Positions 1-10,430 of a stretch of 59,091 nt of DNA are shown here, one piece after another. How positions within the stretch are numbered: position 1 is the stretch's first letter; every line of letters starts with the position of its first letter. A model generated the notes under the pieces. It made no database searches. It was not told where the DNA came from and was given only the letters and a program-made list of their open reading frames with translations. Source of the stretch: Pseudomonadota bacterium (GTDB taxonomy: Bacteria; Pseudomonadota; Gammaproteobacteria; JAGOUN01); the NCBI GenBank assembly GCA_040389005.1, contig JAZKAS010000013.1, positions 18,073-77,163 on the forward strand, read 5' to 3'. The translations under genes were made by a program, and so were the position numbers.

Positions 1-92
1 GCCATTCAAACTGCGCCAGACGCGGACAAACAACCTTGGTCACGGAAACTCGAGTTTGTTAAGCCTCTTGAGGGTTCGATGACGCTCTCAAA

Positions 93-788
93 ATGGCGGC
101 ACTTGGCCATCAGTCAACAACCGTCCTCTTTGACACTTCTGAACCCCGTAGAGGGTTTACTGCAACTTTTTTGAATTCTTCCGTATTTATTTTTCTTATG
201 CTTTTTATTGGACGAAGAATCTTCCCAAAAATTTTAGGAATTATTGAAAAAACTGGCTCTCGTGAACTTTTTACTCTCTGTGTTATTGCTGCAGCCATTA
301 GCGTTGCGTATGGTGCAGCATTATTGTTTGGTGTTTCGTTTGCATTAGGCGCTTTTTTTGCTGGTATGATTATGCGTGAATCTGAGTTTAGTCATCGTGC
401 CATTGCCGAATCATTGCCATTGCGTGAAGCATTTTCTGTTTTGTTTTTTGTTTCTATCGGTATGCTGCTGGATCCAAATATTTTATTGCAACATCCATTA
501 CAAATTTTGATTGTGGCGGCAATTATTATTGTTGGAAAATCACTGGCAGCAATAGGTTTGATGTTATTTTTCCGTTATCCTTTAATAGTTGCATTGACCA
601 TTGCGGTGAGTTTGGCGCAAATTGGTGAATTTTCTTTTATTCTTGCTGGTTTGTGCGTTGACCTAGGGTTGCTCTCTGAATTAGCACAAAGTTTAATCGT
701 GGCGGGCGCGCTTTTGAGTATTGCTATAAATCCTTTGCTCTTTAAGCTAATGCAGCCGTTGCATGATTGGATAAAAAAATCGAGGTAA
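93..788 (+). pseudogene. CPA2 cation:proton antiporter (KefB/YbaL-like), membrane-domain fragment
   Basis: The 231-aa ORF matches only the central and late TM part of the family (GRRxxP..TGSRELFTL..LGAFFAGM..ESE.SHRA..LPLREAF..LFFVSIGML.DP..IGEFSFILAG). The first roughly 190 residues and the C-terminal KTN/TrkA domain are absent. In-frame stops lie at 60-62 and 69-71, and the upstream sequence changes composition. Confidence 0.6.
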
Positions 789-865
789 TGTTAGGGCTAT
801 AAAAAATGGCTACGAGCGACATGGTTTTTATTTTCAAAGTACACATATCATTTTTCTGAAAATTT

Positions 866-899
866 GAAGAATCCTTTTGTGTTAACAAAAGGATTCTTC
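866..899. terminator. Bidirectional stem-loop between convergent genes
   Basis: Perfect 14-bp inverted repeat gaagaatccttttg / caaaaggattcttc with a 6-nt loop. It sits between the antiporter fragment (+) and the ORF 905..1363 (-). Confidence 0.6.
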
Positions 900-904
900 T
901 GAGA

Positions 905-1363
905 CTAGTTAAAGCAAGTGTAAGTAGAGCTGCCATGGCTATTATATTCTGCATAACATTGGGTATAGTAGTGACTACTATGAGGGTCGGCACCGGGAGC
1001 CACGCAAGATATTCTGTCATAAAAAAGAACTGTCTGGTGCTTTGGCAGCGGGAGCTCGAGTTTGTTAGTAGGTGGTTGTGAGCAGCTTAACAAAACGGAT
1101 CCACTATTGCATGATACAGTCCCCGCCTGAGCATCAGTAGCGCTACCACTGACACATGATAAGCTATCAGATTCACTTGCTGTTGGCACAAAGGTGAGTT
1201 GTGTATTGCAATTCATGCTATAACCAGTACCTCCATTTGAGGCTGTAGTCTCAACTAAATCACATCCAGTATAGATAATACCATTTCTTTTCGCGAATGA
1301 TTGACTAGATAAAGTGGCTACAAAAACAGACAATAAAATTATTAGAGATGTCTTTCTCATCAT
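905..1363 (-). CDS. Secreted Ser/Thr/Asn-rich 8-cysteine protein, unknown function
   Basis: N-terminal signal peptide (MMRKTSLIILLSVFVATLSSQSFA), 8 Cys in the mature part, and cysteine spacing parallel to the neighbouring ORF. Confidence 0.6.
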   Translation of the reverse strand: MMRKTSLIILLSVFVATLSSQSFAKRNGIIYTGCDLVETTASNGGTGYSMNCNTQLTFVPTASESDSLSCVSGSATDAQAGTVSCNSGSVLLSCSQPPTNKLELPLPKHQTVLFYDRISCVAPGADPHSSHYYTQCYAEYNSHGSSTYTCFN

Positions 1364-1372
1364 GAGTCTCCG

Positions 1373-1942
1373 TTAGGTTGCTGTCCAATTAGTGGGAAAA
1401 CAAAGGCTTGACGAACTATTATCATCATCGGCCATACAAATTGAAATCGACGATGCATTATTGGCTTCCTGGCAGATCGCAAAGTACTTCGTGCGTTGTG
1501 TGTTATCGTTATAGGTCGCTTGGTTACTCTCAAAAATATTACATGTACTTAAAGCTGTCGCGGGAGATAAAGCGTTACACGTAACAGCTGCGCTTTCTGT
1601 TCGTGTTGCACTTTTGGTAGTATTTGTAGAACAATTGGCTGCGCTGATGGCTGAATAGGTGCTGCCTGTATGATTTGCTTGCCGACTTGCTCCCTCTGCA
1701 GCTGTGTGGTTTGAGAGTTGAGCGGAACCTGTGCAGTTTAAAGAGAAGTTTGCATTAGAGTCTCTGCCAAAATTATCACATTGATATAGTGTTACATTCG
1801 TCACTCTATCTGCTGTAGTACTCCCATTGGTGCTTTGGGAGTTATTGGAAAGGGCAAGTGCTTTAAGCGGAACCCCACTTGAAGTTGTGTTAATCCCTAT
1901 TAGAAGTGTAAATGCTAATATGGTACATAAGCCATTTTTCAT
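1373..1942 (-). CDS. Secreted Ser/Thr/Asn-rich 8-cysteine protein, tandem paralog
   Basis: Signal peptide, 8 Cys after the signal region, and the same order and similar spacing of Cys residues as 905..1363. Confidence 0.6.
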   Translation of the reverse strand: MKNGLCTILAFTLLIGINTTSSGVPLKALALSNNSQSTNGSTTADRVTNVTLYQCDNFGRDSNANFSLNCTGSAQLSNHTAAEGASRQANHTGSTYSAISAANCSTNTTKSATRTESAAVTCNALSPATALSTCNIFESNQATYNDNTQRTKYFAICQEANNASSISICMADDDNSSSSLCFPTNWTAT

Positions 1943-2013
1943 GCTGATTTCCTTATCTTTATCGTTATTACAAACGCATCCTTTATTAATCTATCAAAAA
2001 AAACAACAATAAG

Positions 2014-3336
2014 TCAATGATCAGTTTTATCATTTTCTTTTTTATGTAATGATGCTAAAAAATTTAGTTTTTCAGCAATTTTAATTTCTAATCCTCGATT
2101 AACTGGAAAATAATATTTTTTCGGCTGCATGTTTTCAGGGAAATAGTTTTCATTCGCTGCATATGCATGCGGTTCATCGTGTGCATAACGATATGTTTTT
2201 CCGTAGCCGAGTTGTTTCATTAATTTTGTTGGCGCATTGCGCAAATGTAACGGCACATCGGGTGTGTTGCTTTTTTTAACATCACTCATGACCTCATTAA
2301 ATGCAGTATACACCGCGTTACTTTTTGCCGCGCACGCCATATAAATGACGGCTTGTGCAATAGTTAATTCACCTTCAGGGCTTCCCAATCTTTCTTGCAC
2401 ATCCCAAGCATTTAATGCCAGTGTGAGCGCGCGCGGATCTGCATTGCCAATATCTTCACTCGCCATACGAACAACACGTCGCACAATGTACAAAGGATCG
2501 CAACCGGCTTCTAACATACTGGCAAACCAATACAATGCCGCATCTGGATCAGAGCCACGCACCGATTTGTGCAACGCCGAAATTTGATCATGAAAATATT
2601 CACCATGTTTGTCAAATTTTCGAAATTTATTTTGAATGAGATTGTTGAATTTTTCCTGAGTAATATTAAGCTCATTATTTTCGATGCTTTCATCGCATAA
2701 AATTTCAAGCATATTCAACATTAAGCGTGCATCGCCGTCACTCGATAAAATTAAATCACTTTTTAATTTATCATGAAAATTAATGTTAAAATTGCCAAAA
2801 CCATTGTTAGAGTCTACCAATACTTTTTCTAAAAGTTGATGCAAATCTTCTTGTGATAAACTCTTCAATACATAAACACGTACGCGTGACAGTAAAGCGT
2901 TGTTCAATTCAAATGAGGGGTTTTCTGTCGTAGCGCCAATTAAAGTAACAACACCTTCCTCAACATGTGGTAAAAAAGCATCTTGTTGAGATTTATTAAA
3001 ACGATGAATTTCATCGACAAACAATACCGTTGCTTGTCCGGATATTTCTTTGCGTTGTTTCGCGGCATCAACAACCGCGCGGATTTCTTTTACACCCGCT
3101 AATACCGCAGATAATGTTTCAAAATGCGCGCCACTGCTTTTGGCGATAATATTCGCAAGCGTTGTTTTTCCAGTTCCTGGTGGCCCCCAGAAAATCATCG
3201 AATGTAATAAGCCGCGTTCGATGGCCAAACGAATCGGTTTACCTTCGCCGAGCAAATGTTGTTGTCCGCAAATATCTGATAACGCTTGTGGACGAATTCG
3301 TGCGGCGAGAGGTTTTTGAGAGAAGGTTGGTTTCAT
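2014..3336 (-). CDS. rarA: Replication-associated recombination protein A (AAA+ ATPase)
   Basis: Walker A GPPGTGKTT, Walker B VLFVDEIHRFNK, and a MgsA C-terminal region (SDPDAALYW, RRL..ASEDIG); 440 aa. Confidence 0.95.
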   Translation of the reverse strand: MKPTFSQKPLAARIRPQALSDICGQQHLLGEGKPIRLAIERGLLHSMIFWGPPGTGKTTLANIIAKSSGAHFETLSAVLAGVKEIRAVVDAAKQRKEISGQATVLFVDEIHRFNKSQQDAFLPHVEEGVVTLIGATTENPSFELNNALLSRVRVYVLKSLSQEDLHQLLEKVLVDSNNGFGNFNINFHDKLKSDLILSSDGDARLMLNMLEILCDESIENNELNITQEKFNNLIQNKFRKFDKHGEYFHDQISALHKSVRGSDPDAALYWFASMLEAGCDPLYIVRRVVRMASEDIGNADPRALTLALNAWDVQERLGSPEGELTIAQAVIYMACAAKSNAVYTAFNEVMSDVKKSNTPDVPLHLRNAPTKLMKQLGYGKTYRYAHDEPHAYAANENYFPENMQPKKYYFPVNRGLEIKIAEKLNFLASLHKKENDKTDH

Positions 3337-3339
3337 TTT

Positions 3340-3855
3340 CTATTTTGTTTTATACAATGCTTCTAAGGTCGCTTTATCTAACACATGGCCTTTCATCGCT
3401 TTTAATAATTCATTCATCATAAAACCAGAGGGTAAATCGAGTTTTTTATCCAAAGCATACAACTCAATAGTGTACAAATGATCTTTATCCGGTGGCGCGC
3501 AACCACCGTAACGCGAAGCATCTTCTTTGCTAAGCTGATATTCTTTGGGAATAATGCCAGAGCCCCAACTATTCACGCCTTGTAATAAATTCATTTTTTC
3601 ACTGGCATTTTCCGGCAGTTCATTAAGTGTTGGGTCAATATTCGCCGCGAGCCAATGAATCCACGTAAATCCGCAAAAAGGAATCGCATCATGATCAACA
3701 AAGGTTAGTGCTAATGATTGTGTTCCTGGTGGCAAGTTATCCCACGCTAAATGAAACGAATAATTCGGCATAATATTTTTCAAAAACTGCGTGCCGTGAT
3801 GACCCATCTCATCTTTAAAATAACCATTAGTAATGCTGTTTGATTTGATTTTCAT
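3340..3855 (-). CDS. YbhB/YbcL family PEBP (Raf-kinase-inhibitor-like) protein
   Basis: Family-typical length and motifs (SP.L.W...P.GT.S.AL...D.DAP...F.HW...NI). Confidence 0.8.
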   Translation of the reverse strand: MKIKSNSITNGYFKDEMGHHGTQFLKNIMPNYSFHLAWDNLPPGTQSLALTFVDHDAIPFCGFTWIHWLAANIDPTLNELPENASEKMNLLQGVNSWGSGIIPKEYQLSKEDASRYGGCAPPDKDHLYTIELYALDKKLDLPSGFMMNELLKAMKGHVLDKATLEALYKTK

Positions 3856-3877
3856 ATTTTTACCTTACTCTGTTGGT

Positions 3878-4541
3878 TTATGACCATAATGCGGAAAAGG
3901 GTACGGCCCATAGATTTTCTCCCATAGAGCCCAAAAATTCACCTGAATATAGCACGATGCCGATAAAGGATCTATTTTTTGCAAGATTATTTCTAAACCA
4001 TTTTAAGTGTTTAAAATCAGAAATGCTAATAGTTGCGGCAGACTTTACTTCGATCCCTAAAAAAGCATGTTCATGGTTTTTAATTAAAAAATCAATTTAA
4101 AGCATGATCTAAAAAAGTAGGCAAAATACCTAAACGCTCTCCTTGCGACAATGGCCACAAGCGTATTTTCCTTATACGGCCCGCGAGCGATTCTTGCACG
4201 CCTGGTAAAGATTGAATGTTGCTTGACCCTGTTAATAGATATTGGCCTGGGCGAGTATTTTCATCAACCATGAGTTTGATGGCAGATAATAAATCAGGTG
4301 CACGTTGTATCTCATCGATGATATGCATTTTTCCAGCATGTTTAACAAATTCGTGAGGATCGTTTTGCGCAAATTGACGTGTCGCTAAGTGATCCAGCGT
4401 GCGATAAAGCGTATCGCTATTAACAAATTGCTTAGCTACGGTCGTTTTACCGAATTGTCGTGCTCCATTGAGCAAGACAACGCGCCGTGTTAATAAGGCT
4501 TGTTCAATTATCTTTTTTTGCCATCTTGAGTAAATCGCCAT
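3878..4541 (-). pseudogene. AAA_14/DUF4143 ATPase with internal deletion plus frameshift
   Basis: The 149-aa ORF (4092..4541) is only the N-terminal AAA_14 part (GARQFGKTT...IIDEIQ). A different frame at 3878..4090 encodes the family C-terminal end (IDFLIKNHEHAFLGIEVKSAATISISDFKHLKWF...GIVLYSGEFLGSMGENLWAVPFSALW). The middle of the protein is missing. Confidence 0.8.
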
Positions 4542-4613
4542 TTGTCTCTCTTAGCATACCCGCGATTTTTATAGTCAAATAATAAAATACTAATATAATC
4601 AATAAGATAAAAT

Positions 4614-5261
4614 TTAGAGAATCATTGTGCCTTTTTCGCTCGCGCAAATAACAACATCCGCACGGCGTTTTGCAAAAATGCCATTATCAACAACGCCGGG
4701 GAGTTGCTTGATTTTCATTTCCATCGCCAGGGGATCGGTTAAATCAAGATTATGGACATCGATAATAATATTGTTGTGATCGGTGATAAAATTTTCACGC
4801 CAGACAGGGTCGCCACCCATTTTCAATAATTCACGCGCAACTAATCCGCGCGCGAGTGGCAACACTTCCACTGCGACAGGAAATTTCCCAAGTACATCTA
4901 CTTGTTTTGATGCATCCACCATGCAAATAAATTGATTGCTTGCGCTTGCCAAAATTTTTTCTTTAGTCAGTGCGCCGCCGCCACCTTTAATCATACGTTT
5001 GTGCGCATCGATTTCATCCGCGCCATCAATGTAAATGGGCAACGTGCCGACATAATTCAAATCAACCACCGTAAACCCTAAAGCTTTCAGTTTTTTCGTG
5101 CTGCGTTCAGAGCTTGAAACCACCATATCTATTTTTGATTTGATAGTGGCGAGTTGATCGATAAAACATTCAACGGTGGATCCTGTGCCAATCCCGATAA
5201 CATTGTGTTTTTTGGCGTATTCAAGCGCTGCAATGGCAGCGTGTTGTTTTAATTCGGACAT
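4614..5261 (-). CDS. rpiA: Ribose-5-phosphate isomerase A
   Basis: Collinear with E. coli RpiA (GIGTGST, DGADE, KGGGGALT.EK, GVV..GIFA). Confidence 0.95.
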   Translation of the reverse strand: MSELKQHAAIAALEYAKKHNVIGIGTGSTVECFIDQLATIKSKIDMVVSSSERSTKKLKALGFTVVDLNYVGTLPIYIDGADEIDAHKRMIKGGGGALTKEKILASASNQFICMVDASKQVDVLGKFPVAVEVLPLARGLVARELLKMGGDPVWRENFITDHNNIIIDVHNLDLTDPLAMEMKIKQLPGVVDNGIFAKRRADVVICASEKGTMIL

Positions 5262-5396
5262 GAGGGGCTCCTGATTTTTCTATATCATATCGATACAAAA
5301 CAACGTGCGCAATGAAATCTGCTGACTACTGAAGGTTAGTTTAAGCAGAAGCAGCAATTATTGCGTATCCAGTCGGCCCTCGCTAGGGAAATTGTA

Positions 5397-5418
5397 GCAA
5401 CCTTAATTTTAAGGTTGC
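5397..5418 (-). terminator. Stem-loop downstream of hslU
   Basis: gcaacctta-attt-taaggttgc 9-bp stem directly after the hslU stop. There is no clear U-tract. Confidence 0.4.
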
Positions 5419-5429
5419 TCCTTTAAATG

Positions 5430-6824
5430 TTACAAAATATATCGACTTAAATCTTCATCCGCTGCCAACGCTTCTAACGCACGATTGACATAACCGACAT
5501 CAACATTTACGGTTTCACCGCCGCGATCACATGCTTCAAATGAAATTTCTTCGAGCAAACGTTCCATGATGGTATGTAATCGACGTGCGCCGATATTTTC
5601 GGTGCGTTCATTGACTTGCCACGCGACTTCAGCGAGTCGTTCAATTGCTTTTTTGGCAAATTTCAGTGTCACATTTTCAGCACCTAATAAAGCAGTATAT
5701 TGCTTTATTAAAGAGCCATTTGGTTCGGTGAGAATTCGCACGAAATCACCAACTGATAATGCTTTTAATTCTACGCGGATAGGCAAACGTCCTTGTAATT
5801 CTGGAATTAAATCAGAAGGTTTTGAAACATGAAACGCGCCGGAAGTAATAAATAAAATATAATCGGTTTTGATAACGCCATATTTTGTATTCACCGCACA
5901 ACCTTCAATCAGTGGCAGTAAATCACGTTGCACGCCTTCACGGGGAGATGTGTTGCCGCCGTGTCGATCAGAGCGTTGTGCAACTTTGTCAATTTCATCG
6001 ATAAATACAATACCGTTTTGTTCGACATTTTGAATTGCTTTTTGTCGTACGCGATCTTCATCGATGAGTTTTGTGGCTTCTTCATTTTCCAGTATGCGCT
6101 TAGCCACTTTAACCGTCATTTTTCGCGGTTTAACTTTTTCTTGGCTAACCGATTGAAACATGCTTTGTAATTGGTTGGTCATTTCTTCCATACCAGGAGG
6201 TGACATAATTTCGATGCCTACGGGAGATGCGGTGACTTTAATTTCGATTTCTGTTTCATCGAGTTCGCCATCACGTAATCGACGACGAAAATGTTTTCGT
6301 GTTTTATTTTCTTCAAGCGGCGCTTCTTCAACAGCGGGCTCATTTTTAAAGCCGCTTTTCGCCGGTGGTAACAACGCATCTAAAATTCTTTCTTCAGCAT
6401 TGGCTTCTGCTTGTGCTTTTACTTTTTGCATTTCGCTTTCACGCGTCATTTTAACAGCCATATCCGCAAGATCACGAATAATGGAATCAACATCGCGCCC
6501 AACATATCCGACCTCTGTAAATTTTGTCGCTTCTACTTTGATAAACGGAGCTTTAGCAAGTTTTGCCACACGACGCGCAATCTCTGTTTTACCCACGCCT
6601 GTTGGCCCGATCATGAGAATATTTTTCGGCATAATTTCATCACGCAAGCCTTCGGCTACTTGCATGCGTCTCCAGCGGTTTCGCAACGCAATTGCGACGG
6701 CGCGTTTTGCGTCCGCTTGTCCAATAATATGTTGATCGAGTTCGTGAACAATTTCACGTGGTGTCATTGGGATTTCGGCAACAGCAACAGGCTCAGAATG
6801 CGTTTGAGTTTCAATAGTTGACAT
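5430..6824 (-). CDS. hslU: ATP-dependent protease ATPase subunit HslU
   Basis: [19 protein letters not shown] Walker A, an I-domain insert, and IVFIDEIDK Walker B; 464 aa. Confidence 0.97.
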   Translation of the reverse strand: MSTIETQTHSEPVAVAEIPMTPREIVHELDQHIIGQADAKRAVAIALRNRWRRMQVAEGLRDEIMPKNILMIGPTGVGKTEIARRVAKLAKAPFIKVEATKFTEVGYVGRDVDSIIRDLADMAVKMTRESEMQKVKAQAEANAEERILDALLPPAKSGFKNEPAVEEAPLEENKTRKHFRRRLRDGELDETEIEIKVTASPVGIEIMSPPGMEEMTNQLQSMFQSVSQEKVKPRKMTVKVAKRILENEEATKLIDEDRVRQKAIQNVEQNGIVFIDEIDKVAQRSDRHGGNTSPREGVQRDLLPLIEGCAVNTKYGVIKTDYILFITSGAFHVSKPSDLIPELQGRLPIRVELKALSVGDFVRILTEPNGSLIKQYTALLGAENVTLKFAKKAIERLAEVAWQVNERTENIGARRLHTIMERLLEEISFEACDRGGETVNVDVGYVNRALEALAADEDLSRYIL

Positions 6825-6850
6825 AATTTTTCGTCTCTTGGTAATTCTAA

Positions 6851-7390
6851 TTAATAGGATAATTCTTCAAATGAAAGGTTGTGATTCGTATAAACACAAA
6901 TATCAGCGGCGATATTGAGTGATTTTTCAACAATGCTTTTTGCGCTGAGTTTTGTGTTATCCAACAAGGCGCGCGCAGCCGATTGAGCAAACGCCCCGCC
7001 TGATCCGATGGCAATTAAGCCGTGTTCCGGCTCAATCACATCGCCATTACCGGTGATAATCAATGAAGCATCTTTATTGGCGACAGCTAGTAAAGCTTCG
7101 AGTCGTCTCAAGATTCGATCCGTTCGCCAATCTTTGGCAAGTTCAACGGCAGCGCGCACTAAATGACCATGATGCTGTTCAAGTTTGGCTTCAAAGCGCT
7201 CAAAAAGCGTAAAAGCATCGGCCGTACCCCCGGCAAACCCGGCAATGACTTGATCTTTATAAATGCGGCGTACTTTGCGCACATTGCCTTTCATAATGGT
7301 ATTACCCAAAGAGGCTTGACCGTCACCCCCAATGACAACACTTTTGTCACGACGTACACAGACAATCGTTGTTCCACGATATTGTTCCAA
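6851..7390 (-). CDS. hslV: ATP-dependent protease subunit HslV (TTG start, short pro-sequence before catalytic TTIV)
   Basis: GTTIVCVRR...[41 protein letters not shown] sits 6 nt before the TTG. Confidence 0.95.
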   Translation of the reverse strand: MEQYRGTTIVCVRRDKSVVIGGDGQASLGNTIMKGNVRKVRRIYKDQVIAGFAGGTADAFTLFERFEAKLEQHHGHLVRAAVELAKDWRTDRILRRLEALLAVANKDASLIITGNGDVIEPEHGLIAIGSGGAFAQSAARALLDNTKLSAKSIVEKSLNIAADICVYTNHNLSFEELSY

Positions 7391-7423
7391 AATCAGCCCC
7401 TTGTTTTTAGCGAATTACGAGAT

Positions 7424-7451
7424 ATATGGGGAGGATCTGAAGCTTTTCAAG
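7424..7451 (-). promoter_or_regulatory. sigma32 (heat-shock) promoter of hslVU
   Basis: The minus strand reads CTTGAAA-13 nt-CCCCATATA, a near-perfect match to the RpoH consensus, about 30 nt upstream of the hslV start. Confidence 0.7.
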
Positions 7452-7566
7452 CACTCAGAACTTGGTTATTAAATGTGCAAAAATTGTTTGATTTTTTATT
7501 GAATATTGCAAAATCTCATCTATATTTAACCCACTATAAAAATAACAATCTTATGTAGAGAATTTT

Positions 7567-8334
7567 ATGACCAAAACTGCTCCATCTATTGCGTTTCCAT
7601 CTATCGAAACACCAGCAACAATAAGTATCAAGCTGCCCAAAAAAAGTTTTCAGGTAAACCCATGCTTAAATGAAGAAAAGCTCGAAGCACTTGGTCTGAG
7701 CATAGATAATTTGTTATACGGATTGCTACAGGTCTTAGGTTATTATGGGAAAATGACTGTTGATACACAAGAAGATGTGCTAGATAGATTATTAGCACCT
7801 TTTACAACTTCAATGAAAAACATACTTATGGCGCGAATCGAAAAACTCGCAGAACCAGATGTTTTTACCAAAGAAAATGCGGTAGGCATTTATAAGTCTA
7901 ATCAGACAGTTTTGTCAGAGTATTTGCTTGGGAGCAAAAATCTTTTTATGTTTTCAAATGGAGACTATTCTACCATCAATCCAAAAATGATAGCGAGTTA
8001 TGATGTTTCTGCGCAATTTGTTAAAGATATCAATGATTTTTATGAAGAGCTTGATAGTGTGATGGCAGACGCAGAGCCAGAAAAAATGGCTAATATAATT
8101 TCAGATACGATTTGCCAAAATATTATGTTGTTTCATTTGGGGACTATATTAATTCATTTTAGCTCTAAAAAATTTGATCAGTTTGTTAAAGAAAAAACAG
8201 TGGAACTGATAGCTTACTTAGATCAAAAAATGCTTACGCATACACAATCACATCATCTCAAAATAGGATCCATATTCTTAGACGCTGCATCTCCAACCTC
8301 AGTCGCTGATCGAAAGATGGAGTCGAAATTATAA
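7567..8334 (+). CDS. Hypothetical soluble protein (255 aa), no recognisable domain
   Basis: Long ORF with codon usage like its neighbours. No motif was recognised. Confidence 0.5.
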   Translation: MTKTAPSIAFPSIETPATISIKLPKKSFQVNPCLNEEKLEALGLSIDNLLYGLLQVLGYYGKMTVDTQEDVLDRLLAPFTTSMKNILMARIEKLAEPDVFTKENAVGIYKSNQTVLSEYLLGSKNLFMFSNGDYSTINPKMIASYDVSAQFVKDINDFYEELDSVMADAEPEKMANIISDTICQNIMLFHLGTILIHFSSKKFDQFVKEKTVELIAYLDQKMLTHTQSHHLKIGSIFLDAASPTSVADRKMESKL

Positions 8335-8417
8335 AAAAACAGTTATTTTTTCAGCTTTGTTAAACATTCTATCAACTCACACATAATATTTTATGTTTAT
8401 AACAATGTTGAATTCAA

Positions 8418-8515
8418 TTAACCCACTGCCGTATCCGGCGTTGCATCAACCACCGGCACGCCGCTTGGTGCGTTTGCTGCCGCCGCGACTGCTTCTGTTT
8501 CAGCTTGGTCAGGTG
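8418..8515. repeat. Direct repeat copy A (orphan copy of the SPOR-gene 3' end; att-like)
   Basis: 93 of 98 positions are identical to 15751..15848 at an offset of 7333 bp. It keeps the reading frame and a stop codon (TAA instead of TGA). Confidence 0.9.
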
Positions 8516-8533
8516 CAAAAAAAAACATTTTCT

Positions 8534-9643
8534 TTATTTTGCGCATGAGAAAGGAGTTGAAATACTATGATCTACTGGCGCTGATAAAAACATTGAAGAA
8601 ACAGCAGTTTTTTTATAAGGCGTCGAAATAGCAATCGCTAAAAGCTGTTGTACTTTAAGTCCTGTTGCAATATTAGCCAGTCTATTATCAATGTTTTTTG
8701 CTATTATTTGTTGTATCCATGCTTTATTTTGTAAATAAAACGAATCTGACCAGAAGGGCACCTCTGTTTTTGGGTCTGGTATATGTATCATTGAGTCAGT
8801 TTCAATAGGAATCAGATTGGTAGAGGTGCTTAATTGCAATGTAAGCGCATGAGGCGTTGAATTACTAGAATATTTTATCTCTCCATCTTCGAAAACAATG
8901 TGAAGATGAAGCCCTACCTCCTCATCTTCTGCTGACTTACTGGCTTGTATTGCAAAACTTGCTCCATTGTCAGTAATTCCTGCCATTGTGCAGTGATCAT
9001 CTTCAGTAAGCGTTACTCCTTCACGTATTGGATTTTTTATTTCAAGAGAAGCCTCAAGAGAGTTTTCTGCTATGTTGTGGCTAGTGAAATAAGAGACCAT
9101 ATCTAATAAATGACTTCCTAAGTCGCCACAAGCCCCGCCGCTTTTATTTTGCGAGCCATCATCCCTCCACCCAATCGTTTTTTTTGTGCGAGCACTATTT
9201 CTATTTAAAGCTAAATTAAGATGCAAAATCTTACCAAGATTCTCTTTTTTGCTTATTTCAGTGATGGCAAGTAGTGCATGATTAAATCTATAATTAAAAG
9301 CAACAGCACTTAGTGGGGGAGAAATTTGGTAAAAAGCAAGCGCATCTTCATAAGAAGATGACAAGGGTTTTTCGCATAACACAGGAATTGCGTTTACCTC
9401 CACAATACTTTTTAAAATTTCAAGATGCGTATTATTGGGCGTGGCAATGATGACTCCATCAGAATTTTCAACAACCATTCTAATTGAGTCGGCTATGCGG
9501 ATTTTAGAGAAGTCCATGGCCAGTTTTTCGGCATTTGCAGAGTTTCTAGCATGAAGGTAAACGTATTCTACGTCACTTATGTGTTGCAACGCTTTTAAGT
9601 GGGCAATAGCCACCATACCACTGCCAATTATACCGATATTCAT
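8534..9643 (-). CDS. Gfo/Idh/MocA family oxidoreductase
   Basis: N-terminal Rossmann motif IGIIGSGMVA, an EKPL motif, and GDLGSHLLD. It is a paralog of 10431..11441. Confidence 0.85.
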   Translation of the reverse strand: MNIGIIGSGMVAIAHLKALQHISDVEYVYLHARNSANAEKLAMDFSKIRIADSIRMVVENSDGVIIATPNNTHLEILKSIVEVNAIPVLCEKPLSSSYEDALAFYQISPPLSAVAFNYRFNHALLAITEISKKENLGKILHLNLALNRNSARTKKTIGWRDDGSQNKSGGACGDLGSHLLDMVSYFTSHNIAENSLEASLEIKNPIREGVTLTEDDHCTMAGITDNGASFAIQASKSAEDEEVGLHLHIVFEDGEIKYSSNSTPHALTLQLSTSTNLIPIETDSMIHIPDPKTEVPFWSDSFYLQNKAWIQQIIAKNIDNRLANIATGLKVQQLLAIAISTPYKKTAVSSMFLSAPVDHSISTPFSCAK

Positions 9644-9803
9644 ATTAACCCCAGCCTACATAACTTAGCAAAAATATTTCTGTTTTAGTACCAGCATTGA
9701 TTAGCAAGGTCAAGCTATTAAATATTTGACAAATGAAATTTTATACCATAATATGAATTTAAATACCGTTAATTGAATTTTTAATACTGTGGGGCGAGTT
9801 ATA

Positions 9804-10418
9804 ATGAAAAACATTATTTTTGATTTTGGAGCTGTTTTAATTGATTGGAATCCTAATAAAGTCTACTCGTCACATTTCAAAACGGATGAGGAAATGGAGA
9901 GGTTCTATGAAGAAACCCAGATACAAGTTTTAAATAAGCAAATTGATAAAGGCGTTCCCTTTGATGCAATATTGAACGATTTAAGCTCAAATTTTCCTCA
10001 CCATAGTGTGCCAATAAAATTATGGAAAACTGCTTGGCACAGAATGATTGGCGAACCAATCTGGGGAAGTATATCGCTATTAAAAGAGCTTAAAGAAAAA
10101 AATTATCCATTATATGGGTTAACTAATTGGTCGTCTGAGACTTTTCCGTATGTCTATTATAAATATGATTTTTTTCATGATTTTATTGATATTGTTGTTT
10201 CAGGGCGTGAGAAAACTATTAAACCAGAAGAAAAAATATATAAAATTTGTTTAGAAAGAAATAATTTAGCTCCAGAATCGTGCATTTTTATTGATGATAA
10301 TAAGAGCAATGTTGAAATGGCCATAAATTTAGGAATGGCGGGGATAGTTTTTGTAAATCCTGAGCAATTAAAGCAATCTTTAGTTGAGTTAGGGATAGAT
10401 TTAGATACAAAGCTTTAA
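9804..10418 (+). CDS. HAD-superfamily hydrolase (subfamily IA-like)
   Basis: Motif I FDFGAVL, motif II LTN, and motif IV FIDDN. The start is taken at MKNIIFDFG. Confidence 0.85.
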   Translation: MKNIIFDFGAVLIDWNPNKVYSSHFKTDEEMERFYEETQIQVLNKQIDKGVPFDAILNDLSSNFPHHSVPIKLWKTAWHRMIGEPIWGSISLLKELKEKNYPLYGLTNWSSETFPYVYYKYDFFHDFIDIVVSGREKTIKPEEKIYKICLERNNLAPESCIFIDDNKSNVEMAINLGMAGIVFVNPEQLKQSLVELGIDLDTKL

Positions 10419-10430
10419 GTGGAGAGTGGT

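Noticed and set aside
3873-4100. A 75-aa plus-strand ORF between the PEBP gene and the AAA_14 fragment.
   Set aside because: The opposite strand carries the recognisable DUF4143 C-terminal remnant, so the plus-strand ORF is incidental.
6160-6821. Long plus-strand ORFs (6160..6735 and 6411..6821) inside hslU. Similar antisense ORFs lie inside pyk (23651..24121), pgk (25438..25815), rpoD (41461..42147), waaF and the 1267-aa gene.
   Set aside because: They lie entirely antisense to genes with unambiguous homology and have low-complexity or odd composition. They are typical shadow ORFs.
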